Positions 1 through 8,599 of a stretch of DNA of 64,000 bases are shown here, one piece after another. The number at the start of each line of letters is the position of its first letter. Position 1 is the first letter of the stretch. The position numbers were made by a program, and so were the translations under genes. The notes under the pieces were generated by a model. That model saw only the letters and a list, made by a program, of their open reading frames with translations, made no database searches and was not told the DNA's origin. This stretch comes from Candidatus Magasanikiibacteriota bacterium (GTDB lineage: Bacteria; Patescibacteriota; Patescibacteriia; Magasanikbacterales; UBA922): contig JBAYVA010000001.1 in the NCBI GenBank assembly GCA_041674805.1, forward strand, positions 390,612 through 454,611, read 5' to 3'.

Positions 1-2791
1 ACTTTTTATATTTCTTACCTGAACCGCATGGACAAGGATCATTACGACCAACTTTGTGGCCTTCCTCATCAAGAACTTTGCCTTCCACAATCCCCGCTTC
101 AGCATTGGTAGTCTTTTCAGCACCTTTGAGCGTCATTTTGTCTGTCGCCATAATACTTGGTGCCAATTGTAAACCGATGTTAATTTTAAAGAATGTATAA
201 ACAACTTCTTTTTGAATATTGGCTAGTAATTGATTGAAAAGATGAAAACTTTCTTGTTTGTATTCAACCAGTGGATCACGTTGACCATAACCACGCAGCC
301 CAATACCAGTCCGCAAATAATCAATAGCTACCAAATAATCTACCCAAAGATTATCAATAGTTCTAAGCAAAACACTTCTTTGTAATTCTGACACCACTTT
401 TGTTTTGTTTTCATTTGTCTCAATTTGATCTTGAATATTATTCAACATTTGATTATATTCATGTCTTGCTTTGGCCAATAAAAATTCAGTCAATTTGTCA
501 CGTCTTTCTACTTCACTCAAAGTATTGTTGTCTTTGCCAAAATCCAAAATAGTTTTTTTGTCTTCTTCTGACAAAGAAAAAATAGTTTTGATAGTTTCTA
601 CTATTTCTGCCAAATTCCATTGAGTATCATCTTCTGTTCCTGTATGAAAAGATACTACAAATTCTATTTCATTTTCAATCATTTCCATTATCATGTCGTG
701 CAATGACAAATAACTTTCTTTGGTAGACAACAAAGTTGCTTCTGGTTTTATTTTTTGTTCTTCTTTGCTAACTTCAATATTTTTTGTTTCTTTATTTGCC
801 AAATCCAAAACTTGACGACGTTTTTTGTAAATAACACTACGTTGTTTATTCAAAACATCATCATATTCAAGTAAATGTTTACGAGTATCAAAATGATGAG
901 CTTCTACTTTTTTTTGTGCACTTTCAAGCATTCTAGTAATAAAAGATTGCTCAATAGGCATATCATCTGGAATATTGAAACGTGTCATGACATTTTTTAG
1001 TCTGTCTCCGGCAAAAATACGCATCAAATCATCTTCAGTTGAAACAAAAAATTGTGTTTGACCAGGATCTCCTTGACGAGCACTACGACCGCGGAGCTGA
1101 TTGTCAATTCTACGAGATTCATGACGTTCAGTACCCAAAACAAATAAACCACCCGCTTGTTTTACTTTTTCAAAAGCTTCATTATCAAAAGGAACACCAC
1201 CAAGTTTGATATCTACACCACGACCAGCCATATTGGTAGCCAAAGTCACTGCTCCAGGACGACCAGCTTGAGCAATGATTTCACCTTCACGTTCATGATT
1301 TTTAGCATTCAATACTTCGTGAGTAATACCATTGATAGCCAAATATTGACTCAAATATTCATTTTTTTCTACAGAAATAGTACCAATAAGTACTGGTTGA
1401 CCTTTGGCTTGACATTCTTTGATTTTTTCAACTATTGCTTTGTTTTTACCTTTTTCATTCTTATAAATTCTATCTGGAAAATCAGTACGAGCATCTTGTT
1501 TGTTTGTTGGTACTACTAAAACTTCTAATCCATAAATTTTGTAAAATTCTTCTTCTTCTGTTTTGGCAGTACCTGTCATACCACCAAGTTTGCGATACAT
1601 ACGGAAAAGATTTTGAAAAGTAATAGTTGCCAAAGTTCTACTTTCACGTTGAATATTAACATTTTCTTTGGCTTCAATAGCTTGATGCAAGCCTTCAGAA
1701 TAACGACGACCTGGCATTTTGCGTCCAGTAAATTCATCAATAATAATAACTTCAGAATTTTCTACGATATAATCTTTGTCACGTTTGAATAATACTTCTG
1801 CTTTCAACGCTTGTTCTATATGATGTACAATCGCAATACCACCTTCAACATAAATATTTTCAATACCTAATAATTTTTCAAATTTAGTAATACCTGTTTC
1901 TGTCAAAGTAGCACTACGCATTTTTTCATCCAAATTATAATCTTCATTTTCTTTTAATTGTTTGACCCAAGCAGCAAATTGGTAATATTTGTCAGTAGCT
2001 TCCTCAGCAGGAGAAGAAATAATAAGAGGAGTTCTAGCTTCATCTATCAAAATAGAATCTATTTCATCGATAATAGCATAATGCATTTCATTGCCTGGAC
2101 GCATCACCATGTCATCAATAGTCTGTACCATGTTATCACGCAAATAATCAAAACCAAATTCATTGTTGGTACCATAAGTGATATCACAAGCATAGGCTTC
2201 TTGACGAGAAGCGGTACGCAAAAACTCATTTTCTACTTTGAAACTTTCTTTTTCCATTTCTTCAGCTGTTAATTCTTCTGGTTTTATTACAGAAGAATCA
2301 TAAACAAAAGAAACACGTTGATTTTGAATAATACCAACAGACAAACCAAGAAAATCATAAATTTTTGCCATCCAAATAGCATCACGTTTTGCCAAATAAT
2401 CATTGACTGTCACCACATGAACGCCCTTACCTTCTAAAGCATTTAGATAAACAGCCAAAGTAGAAGTAAGAGTTTTACCTTCACCTGTACGCATCTCAGC
2501 AATTTTGCCTTTGTGCAAAGCAGCTGCACCAATAATTTGTACATCATAATGACGCATACCCAATGTACGCTTGGCAGTTTCTCGCACAGTTGCAAAAGCT
2601 TCAGGCAAAATTTCATCCAATTTTTTACCTGCTTGCAATTCTTTTTTGAATTCCAAAGTTTTGTTTTTCAACTCTTCATCTGAAAGTTTTTCATAAGATT
2701 GTTCCAAAACATTGACAGCATCTACCACAGTTTGCAATTTTTTTAATTCTTTTTTGTTTCCATCTGGAAAAATTTTGTGTAAAAATGACAT
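1..2791 (-). CDS. secA: Preprotein translocase ATPase SecA (N-terminal ~930 codons; C-terminus runs off the window start)
   Basis: Manual minus-strand translation from the ATG at plus 2789-2791: MSFLHKIFPDGNKKELKKL..., DEAD-motor Walker A GEGKTLTSTLAVYLNA, ...LFVLGTERHESRRIDNQLRGRSARQGDPG..., and at the window start the C-terminal zinc finger GRNDPCPCGSGKKYKK. Missing from the ORF track only because its stop lies outside the window. Confidence 0.9.
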   Translation of the reverse strand, partial: MSFLHKIFPDGNKKELKKLQTVVDAVNVLEQSYEKLSDEELKNKTLEFKKELQAGKKLDEILPEAFATVRETAKRTLGMRHYDVQIIGAAALHKGKIAEMRTGEGKTLTSTLAVYLNALEGKGVHVVTVNDYLAKRDAIWMAKIYDFLGLSVGIIQNQRVSFVYDSSVIKPEELTAEEMEKESFKVENEFLRTASRQEAYACDITYGTNNEFGFDYLRDNMVQTIDDMVMRPGNEMHYAIIDEIDSILIDEARTPLIISSPAEEATDKYYQFAAWVKQLKENEDYNLDEKMRSATLTETGITKFEKLLGIENIYVEGGIAIVHHIEQALKAEVLFKRDKDYIVENSEVIIIDEFTGRKMPGRRYSEGLHQAIEAKENVNIQRESRTLATITFQNLFRMYRKLGGMTGTAKTEEEEFYKIYGLEVLVVPTNKQDARTDFPDRIYKNEKGKNKAIVEKIKECQAKGQPVLIGTISVEKNEYLSQYLAINGITHEVLNAKNHEREGEIIAQAGRPGAVTLATNMAGRGVDIKLGGVPFDNEAFEKVKQAGGLFVLGTERHESRRIDNQLRGRSARQGDPGQTQFFVSTEDDLMRIFAGDRLKNVMTRFNIPDDMPIEQSFITRMLESAQKKVEAHHFDTRKHLLEYDDVLNKQRSVIYKKRRQVLDLANKETKNIEVSKEEQKIKPEATLLSTKESYLSLHDMIMEMIENEIEFVVSFHTGTEDDTQWNLAEIVETIKTIFSLSEEDKKTILDFGKDNNTLSEVERRDKLTEFLLAKARHEYNQMLNNIQDQIETNENKTKVVSELQRSVLLRTIDNLWVDYLVAIDYLRTGIGLRGYGQRDPLVEYKQESFHLFNQLLANIQKEVVYTFFKINIGLQLAPSIMATDKMTLKGAEKTTNAEAGIVEGKVLDEEGHKVGRNDPCPCGSGKKYKK

Positions 2792-2885
2792 ATTTTTGAT
2801 TATTTTTTCTGTTTAAAAAGCTGGGGTATTGTACCAGCTTTTATAGGTTTTGTCTAGATTACGTTCAAATAAATAAACAACTGAA

Positions 2886-3359
2886 TTAATTGAGGCTAAA
2901 TGTTTTAGATTTTGTAAATGTTGACTCTATATACTTAGACAACTCTGAAAACAAACCAGCCAAAGCTCCATAACTATAAACTATATCAAATAATCCATTT
3001 TTATAATCCTCAGAATCATCACTATCAATTTGTTTAAATTCATTTATTTTTTCAGAAAGAAAATTAGATTCATCTTTAAGAGAAGACAAAATAGACAAAA
3101 CTTCAGACCTCAAAACATTGTCATCTACAGTAAACATCAAAAAAGAAGTCTCAAAAAAACTCATTCTTTTTATGAATTCTTTACAAAAATCAGAAGCACT
3201 TTCCAACAACTCAGGTTTTACAGATAAACATTCTTCTTCACTTTTAGCTAAGCTTTCAAGTTCATCCATTATTTTTTTAGATGAAATAAAATTTTTTTCT
3301 AAAATACTTATTATCATTTTTAGATTTTCTAAATGATGATGCTTTTCTAATAATTCCAT
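2886..3359 (-). CDS. hypothetical acidic protein (157 aa)
   Basis: Intact ORF in the track with codon usage like its neighbours; no recognisable motif. Confidence 0.4.
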   Translation of the reverse strand: MELLEKHHHLENLKMIISILEKNFISSKKIMDELESLAKSEEECLSVKPELLESASDFCKEFIKRMSFFETSFLMFTVDDNVLRSEVLSILSSLKDESNFLSEKINEFKQIDSDDSEDYKNGLFDIVYSYGALAGLFSELSKYIESTFTKSKTFSLN

Positions 3360-3364
3360 ACAAT

Positions 3365-3703
3365 TTATTCCTGATAACCTTTGTTATTTCTCAAACTTTC
3401 TTTATCTTTGTCTCTCATTTTTCCTTTCATTTTTTCAAGTTCTACTTTCAAATGATCTTTTACTTTATCAATTGCTTTGTACAAATCTTCTGAATTCTTA
3501 CTTACTCTAAGCAGTCTCCCAGGAACTCCCAAATTTACTTCTGCAAAATAAGGTTTTTCTTTATTTTGTTTATCCATACCAACTTCAATATCAGCACTTT
3601 GAATATTATCAAAATAATGAGTCATACTTTCTATTTTTTCCAAAGCATATTCTTTTATTGCTTCTGTAAGTTCAATGTTTGTGGCTTTTATATTTGTTGT
3701 CAT
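3365..3703 (-). CDS. hpf: ribosome hibernation promoting factor (HPF/RaiA/YfiA family)
   Basis: 112 aa; MTTNIKATNIELTEAIKEYALEKIE...ADIEV...YFAEVNLGVPGRLLRV...EDLYKAID is the typical sigma-54 modulation / ribosomal S30AE pattern. Confidence 0.8.
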   Translation of the reverse strand: MTTNIKATNIELTEAIKEYALEKIESMTHYFDNIQSADIEVGMDKQNKEKPYFAEVNLGVPGRLLRVSKNSEDLYKAIDKVKDHLKVELEKMKGKMRDKDKESLRNNKGYQE

Positions 3704-3737
3704 ATTTTTTTAATTAAATGAATTAATTATTTTTTAT

Positions 3738-4148
3738 TTATTTTTCTATTGTATTGAAATCTACAAATTCATCCTCAGAAATACCATGACTTTCCAAATA
3801 CTTAGATACAAGATATCTAAGATTTCCTTGAACATTTTCTAATGGTGAATTTGAGTTACTCTTTAAATTATTTTTTATGTCATTTAAAGTACTCTGAGCT
3901 AAAGCCCTATCAGCGTTATTACCAAAATCAGATACAATTTTATCTATTTTAAAAACAACCTCAGCACATTTGATTTTTCTCTCTTCATTATTAAGTCCTG
4001 ACAAATACAACTCTTCAACTCCCTCCATACAAAATAGAAATGCATCACTTATAAATTCAAGTCTTTGATTTTTTACAGTTTCATTGTCATTACCAGCTTC
4101 CAAACCAGGCACAAAATAACCTGACAAATCATTTTTTCTCTCTGTCAT
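3738..4148 (-). CDS. hypothetical protein (136 aa)
   Basis: Intact ORF; no family recognised. Confidence 0.4.
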   Translation of the reverse strand: MTERKNDLSGYFVPGLEAGNDNETVKNQRLEFISDAFLFCMEGVEELYLSGLNNEERKIKCAEVVFKIDKIVSDFGNNADRALAQSTLNDIKNNLKSNSNSPLENVQGNLRYLVSKYLESHGISEDEFVDFNTIEK

Positions 4149-4165
4149 AATTAATTATTACGTAT

Positions 4166-5125
4166 TTAAAAGACAATTTCTTGCACTTCAGTCTCCAGAT
4201 TTATCTTAAATTTATTATACACTTTTTCTTTTACTTCATCAATAAGATTTTTGACATCTTCAGCAGTAGCCCCACCCAAATTCACAATAAAATTGGCATG
4301 TTTTTCACTAACTTGAGCCTTGCCTATCTGAAGTCCTTTGCACCCAGCGTTATCTACCAACCATCCAGCAGATATTACACCTTTATCCAAAAATTCTTGT
4401 GGAATATCCTGGCTTTTGGCTTTTGGCTTTTGGCTTTTGACTACTACATTTTTGAAAATACAACCTGAAGAAGCAAAACCTTGTGGCTGTGTAGAATTTC
4501 TATATTGAATATTTTCAAGAGCCTTCTTCATCAAGTCCTTACTTTCTTCTGTACTCTTTTCTAGTTTCAACCAAACTCGCAAAATTACGTCATTATTAAG
4601 TTTGAAACTACTTTCACGATAAGCAAATCCACATTCTTCATTTGTCAATTCCAAAATTTCACCTTGACGATAGACTTCTACCCTTTCGATATTACCTTTC
4701 ATGTCACCTCCCATAGCACCAGCATTACCACGCACAGCTCCACCGATTGTCCCAGGCACACCAATCCCCCATTCAAATCCAGTAAGCCCAAGTCTGACAC
4801 TTTCACGAGCTACAGCTACAGTGATACAGCCAGCATCTACTTGCAAAATATCATTTTCTAATTGTTTTATTTCTGAACTAGCTACTTTTATCACCACTGC
4901 GTCTAATTCCTTATCAGTACAAAGCACATTACTTCCACCACCAAGAATAACATATTCCACATTTTCTTCACGCAAAAAATTCAAAACTTCTACAAGTTTA
5001 GAGTTATTATCAATTGTGATGAAATATTTAGCAGGACCACCAAGCTTGAAAGTAGTATGCTTGGACATTGGCTCGTTTAATTTTACTTTGCCAAATTTTT
5101 TGAGAGTTGTGTAGATTGTATCCAT
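4166..5125 (-). CDS. murB: UDP-N-acetylenolpyruvoylglucosamine reductase MurB
   Basis: 319 aa; FAD-binding N-terminal domain (TFKLGGPAKYFI...ILGGGSNVL) and MurB C-terminal domain (GFASSGCIFKN...AGWLVDNAGCKGLQIGKAQVSEKHANFIVN). Carries an internal (GGCTTTT)x4 tract at 4411-4439. Confidence 0.85.
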   Translation of the reverse strand: MDTIYTTLKKFGKVKLNEPMSKHTTFKLGGPAKYFITIDNNSKLVEVLNFLREENVEYVILGGGSNVLCTDKELDAVVIKVASSEIKQLENDILQVDAGCITVAVARESVRLGLTGFEWGIGVPGTIGGAVRGNAGAMGGDMKGNIERVEVYRQGEILELTNEECGFAYRESSFKLNNDVILRVWLKLEKSTEESKDLMKKALENIQYRNSTQPQGFASSGCIFKNVVVKSQKPKAKSQDIPQEFLDKGVISAGWLVDNAGCKGLQIGKAQVSEKHANFIVNLGGATAEDVKNLIDEVKEKVYNKFKINLETEVQEIVF

Positions 5126-5185
5126 AAGATTATATCATCCTAAATCAACAGGAAGGGATCCCTGCCTGCCGGCAGGCAGGTTTTT
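5126..5185 (-). promoter_or_regulatory. murB 5' leader: 10-bp perfect GC palindrome CCTGCCTGCC/GGCAGGCAGG (5161-5180), then GATCCC and AGGATGA ahead of the ATG
   Basis: Read directly from the sequence. On the plus strand the hairpin is followed by TTTTTAAAA, so it could also terminate a plus-strand transcript. Motif shared with the mraY and GT2 leaders. Confidence 0.35.
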
Positions 5186-5251
5186 AAAATTTAAACTTTG
5201 CTAATTAAATAATTATAATTTTAATAATAAACAATTTTAACAAAATACTTA

Positions 5252-6544
5252 TTATGTTAAAGATGCTTGATCAAAATCAATCAAATAAACTCGTGGACAA
5301 CGCGTCAAATCAGGTTTACCATTTTCATCTTTATAAAATAATAAAACAAAATTTCCACCATGATAATCATGACCATGTTCTATACCCAATTTTTTTATAC
5401 ATTTTCTTATTTTTTTAATCTTTTCTTCAATTTCTACTCTGAAAATAGTAGCAACACCACCACCAATGAGATCTTCTTCTTCATAATCACCAAAAGAAGG
5501 CCCATCTATTACTCCAGAAAATACGTCAACTATTTTTGATTTACTATTCAAAGTTGAAATTTTTACAATAGGTTCGATAGGTACATAGTCAAAACCTTGT
5601 CTTTCCCAAAAAGTATAAGATTCATAAGCTTTTTTCCAAGCCATAAGTGATTGAACAGGAATTTTTCTAAGTATGACTTTATTTTTCAAAGATTCTTCTT
5701 CCTTACCAAGTACTTTGTCAAAAAGAAAAGTATCAGGACCTGTCTTTTTTTGTTTTGTTCTTACTCGAAAATCTTCTTTATATAAACCAACAGAAGTCCA
5801 TTCTGGATGTTCTCTTATAATTTCTAATTGTTGTTGTTCTGACAAAAATTGAATCATTTTTGAATATTTAAAACGTGCATAAATAATATCACTTAATAAA
5901 CCTTTTCTGATAATATCTGCTAACAATTCCTGTAATTCTAATTGTTGTTGTTCTGAAGTATATTGAATCATACTTGCAAATTCAAAACGTACATATGAAT
6001 CATTAATTAATAAACTTTTTCTGATAACACTTGCTAACAATTCCTGTAATTCTAATTGTTGTTGTTCTGAAGTATATTGAATCATACTTGCAGAATTAAA
6101 ACGTACATATGAATCATTAATTAATAAACCTTTTCTGATAATATCTGCTAACAATTCCTGTAATTCTAATTGTTGTTCATGAGGTAAATTTTTAATCATC
6201 TTTGCAAACTCAAGACATACATATATATTACGATCTGACAAACCTTTTTTAACAATTTCTATTGATAATTTTTGTGATTCTAATTGTTGTTTATGAGGTA
6301 AATTTTGGATCATCTTTGCAGATTCAATACATATAATGCTATTAGAATCTGGTAAACCTGCCTTCACAATACCAATCAATTTTCCTTTATTAAATTTATC
6401 AACACTCTCTCGATACCTATCCACATCTTCCTGAGTAAAATCACTACCAGGCAAACTGTACATAGCACGAATAACAGGATCAACATCCTGTTCTTTTGAT
6501 TCTAAAGTTTCTAATTTTTTATCTAAAATTATTGTTTCAGACAT
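5252..6544 (-). CDS. HEAT/armadillo-like 38-aa tandem-repeat protein with C-terminal RIO/Kdo-type atypical kinase-like domain
   Basis: N-terminal half holds five ~38-aa repeats (…SEQQQLELQELLADIIRKGLL(I/S)...YVRF..ASMIQYT…). C-terminus ...GIEHGHDYHGGNFVLLF...PRVYLIDFDQA resembles the HGD...N catalytic loop and IDF(P/D)QA metal-binding motif of RIO / Kdo (WaaP/KdkA) kinases. Confidence 0.55.
   Translation of the reverse strand: MSETIILDKKLETLESKEQDVDPVIRAMYSLPGSDFTQEDVDRYRESVDKFNKGKLIGIVKAGLPDSNSIICIESAKMIQNLPHKQQLESQKLSIEIVKKGLSDRNIYVCLEFAKMIKNLPHEQQLELQELLADIIRKGLLINDSYVRFNSASMIQYTSEQQQLELQELLASVIRKSLLINDSYVRFEFASMIQYTSEQQQLELQELLADIIRKGLLSDIIYARFKYSKMIQFLSEQQQLEIIREHPEWTSVGLYKEDFRVRTKQKKTGPDTFLFDKVLGKEEESLKNKVILRKIPVQSLMAWKKAYESYTFWERQGFDYVPIEPIVKISTLNSKSKIVDVFSGVIDGPSFGDYEEEDLIGGGVATIFRVEIEEKIKKIRKCIKKLGIEHGHDYHGGNFVLLFYKDENGKPDLTRCPRVYLIDFDQASLT
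5816..6300. repeat. ~114-bp tandem direct repeats (about 5 copies; the two central copies 5931-6044 and 6045-6158 are near-identical) inside the CDS
   Basis: Unit CTGTAATTCTAATTGTTGTTGTTCTGAAGTATATTGAATCATACTTGCA...CTGCTAACAATTC is visible directly in the sequence; it encodes the 38-aa protein repeats. Confidence 0.85.
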
Positions 6545-6609
6545 AAATGCAACTTGATTATTTTACACTTTTACACTATAATTTTGCTATATCATCAATA
6601 AATTAGATT

Positions 6610-8571
6610 ATGCAAAAATTACTAAACAAAAATATTATCTACGTCACCCGTGACATCGAACGTGCCACTGGTTTTGACTTGTCTAATCCTAACTATTATA
6701 TTATCTCAAATAGTAGCACATTTGCCAAGCAGATAGCCAAAGACAAAAACAACATTTTGCTAATTGAAGCTGAAAAACAAATAGATACTTGGGAACTTTT
6801 GGAAAAATCTGAAAGCAAAAATTTTATAAACAAAATTATTGATCCCCAAATATTGGTTTTCAAACCAACTACACAAATAGAAAAAATTTGTGCTGAAAAT
6901 AATTGGAAACTATTAAACCCTAGTGCTACTTTGGCAAACAAAGTAGAACAAAAAATTTCTAGTGTAAATTGGTTAGATGAAGACAGTAAATATTTTCCTG
7001 ATGCCAAAATAAATACTTGTGAAAATATTGAATTCAAAAATGAAAAGTTTATTTTACAATATAACCAATCTCACACTGGCAGTGGCACAATGCTGATTGA
7101 ATCAAAAAAACAATTAGATGAAATAAAAAATAAATTTCCTAAACGTGATTGCAAAACCAGCAGATTTGTTGAAGGTATTTTGCTTACCAACAACAATGTT
7201 GTCACAGACAAAGAAACAATGCTTGGTAATATAAATTATCAAATCACAGGACTTGAACCTTTTACCAAAAACAAATTTGCCACGATTGGCAATGATTGGG
7301 GTCTAGCACACAAATTATTAAATGAAAATTTGTTAAAACAATACCAAGAAATTGTAGAAGCCATTGGCAAAAGATTGAGAACAGAAAATTGGCGTGGACT
7401 TTTTGGAGTAGATATTATTTGGGAAACAAAAACCAACAAATTATATTTGATAGAAATCAATGCTCGCCAACCAGCTAGTACAACTTTTGAATCACAATTG
7501 CAAATGCAAAATAAAAAATCAGAAAATGACATCACGACATTTGAAGCTCATATACTAGCCTTAATCGGTGAAAGTTTGAAAAATAAAAAATTGATTGCAA
7601 TTACTGATGGTGCCCAAATAATTTTACGCAAATCACAAGAAAATATTGATACTGAAAATATAAAATCAAAATTGGAAAAAGAAAATTTCAATGTTATCAA
7701 ATACGACAATGACAAAGAAAATTCAGACTTACTTAGAATCCAAAGTAATTCTTCAATTATGAAAGAACACGAAAAATTTAACGAAAACGGCACAAAAATT
7801 GTAAGAGGAATGAAGAATGAGGAAAGAGGAATGGTTTCGAAAATGATTGAACATTATTTAAATCTAAAAGTTGGAAATACGACAGTAACCTGCCCTTACT
7901 TCAATAATCGAAGATCACAAATCCGTGGTGCTCTCGCTGTCCTCATCGGCAAAGGTAGTCCTGAAAGTATTGAAGAAGAACTACAAATAATTTCTCTCAA
8001 AGAAAAAATTGACTTGAACAACTTGCCAGCTGAAAAAATAAAAGAATTTTTGGTAAATAATAATCTTGGGGTTGACTGCTCTGGTTTCGTTTATCACATT
8101 CTAGATGCTTTAGTGCAAGATAAAAAAAATAAAAAACTAAAACAAATTATTCACTTTCCTCTCGCCAAAAGTGTGGTAAGAAAAATGATTGCCAAATTAC
8201 GTCCAGCTGAAAATTGTGGTGTCACGACTCTGGCTCACGAAATTAATAGTAAAAAAATAAATTTGAAAGAAGTGGAAGCCAATGATTTCATTATTTTTCT
8301 TGGCAGTGGACCAAAACAAGATTACAATCATATCATGTTTGTCGAAAGTGTCACTAACAAAACTATAAACTATATTCATGCGTACAAGTGGCCAAGCGAT
8401 GGACAATACAACCATGGTGTCAGACGTGGCCAAATTGAAATCATTGACGAAAACAAAAATATTCTCGAACAAAAGTGGCTTGAACAAGAAAAAACAGCTG
8501 AAAACAATTGGACTTGGTTGCAAGCCAAAAGTGCGAATGAAATATTTGTAGGAAGACTGAAAAACATTTAA
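6610..8571 (+). CDS. ATP-grasp ligase fused to a C-terminal NlpC/P60 (CHAP-like) cysteine peptidase/amidase domain
   Basis: 653 aa. N-terminal ~300 aa: ATP-grasp hallmarks (QSHTGSGTMLIES..., RGLFGVDIIWETKTNKLYLIEINARQPAS with the E-x-N catalytic loop). C-terminal ~170 aa: LGVDCSGFVYHIL ... NHIMFVESV ... YIHAY = Cys-His-His(polar) order of NlpC/P60 papain-like peptidases. Confidence 0.6.
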   Translation: MQKLLNKNIIYVTRDIERATGFDLSNPNYYIISNSSTFAKQIAKDKNNILLIEAEKQIDTWELLEKSESKNFINKIIDPQILVFKPTTQIEKICAENNWKLLNPSATLANKVEQKISSVNWLDEDSKYFPDAKINTCENIEFKNEKFILQYNQSHTGSGTMLIESKKQLDEIKNKFPKRDCKTSRFVEGILLTNNNVVTDKETMLGNINYQITGLEPFTKNKFATIGNDWGLAHKLLNENLLKQYQEIVEAIGKRLRTENWRGLFGVDIIWETKTNKLYLIEINARQPASTTFESQLQMQNKKSENDITTFEAHILALIGESLKNKKLIAITDGAQIILRKSQENIDTENIKSKLEKENFNVIKYDNDKENSDLLRIQSNSSIMKEHEKFNENGTKIVRGMKNEERGMVSKMIEHYLNLKVGNTTVTCPYFNNRRSQIRGALAVLIGKGSPESIEEELQIISLKEKIDLNNLPAEKIKEFLVNNNLGVDCSGFVYHILDALVQDKKNKKLKQIIHFPLAKSVVRKMIAKLRPAENCGVTTLAHEINSKKINLKEVEANDFIIFLGSGPKQDYNHIMFVESVTNKTINYIHAYKWPSDGQYNHGVRRGQIEIIDENKNILEQKWLEQEKTAENNWTWLQAKSANEIFVGRLKNI

Positions 8572-8599
8572 CAAATATCAAAAAACAGTCTTACCAAAT

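Noticed and set aside
1157-2272. Plus-strand track ORFs 1157-1519, 1435-1623, 1958-2272
   Set aside because: They lie antisense to SecA, which was missed by the track only because it is truncated by the window edge.
5816-6300. Regular repeats that could be mistaken for a CRISPR array
   Set aside because: The units are contiguous 114-bp in-frame coding repeats without unique spacers. The short 7/9/11-nt arrays elsewhere are also spacer-less and far too short, and there are no cas genes.
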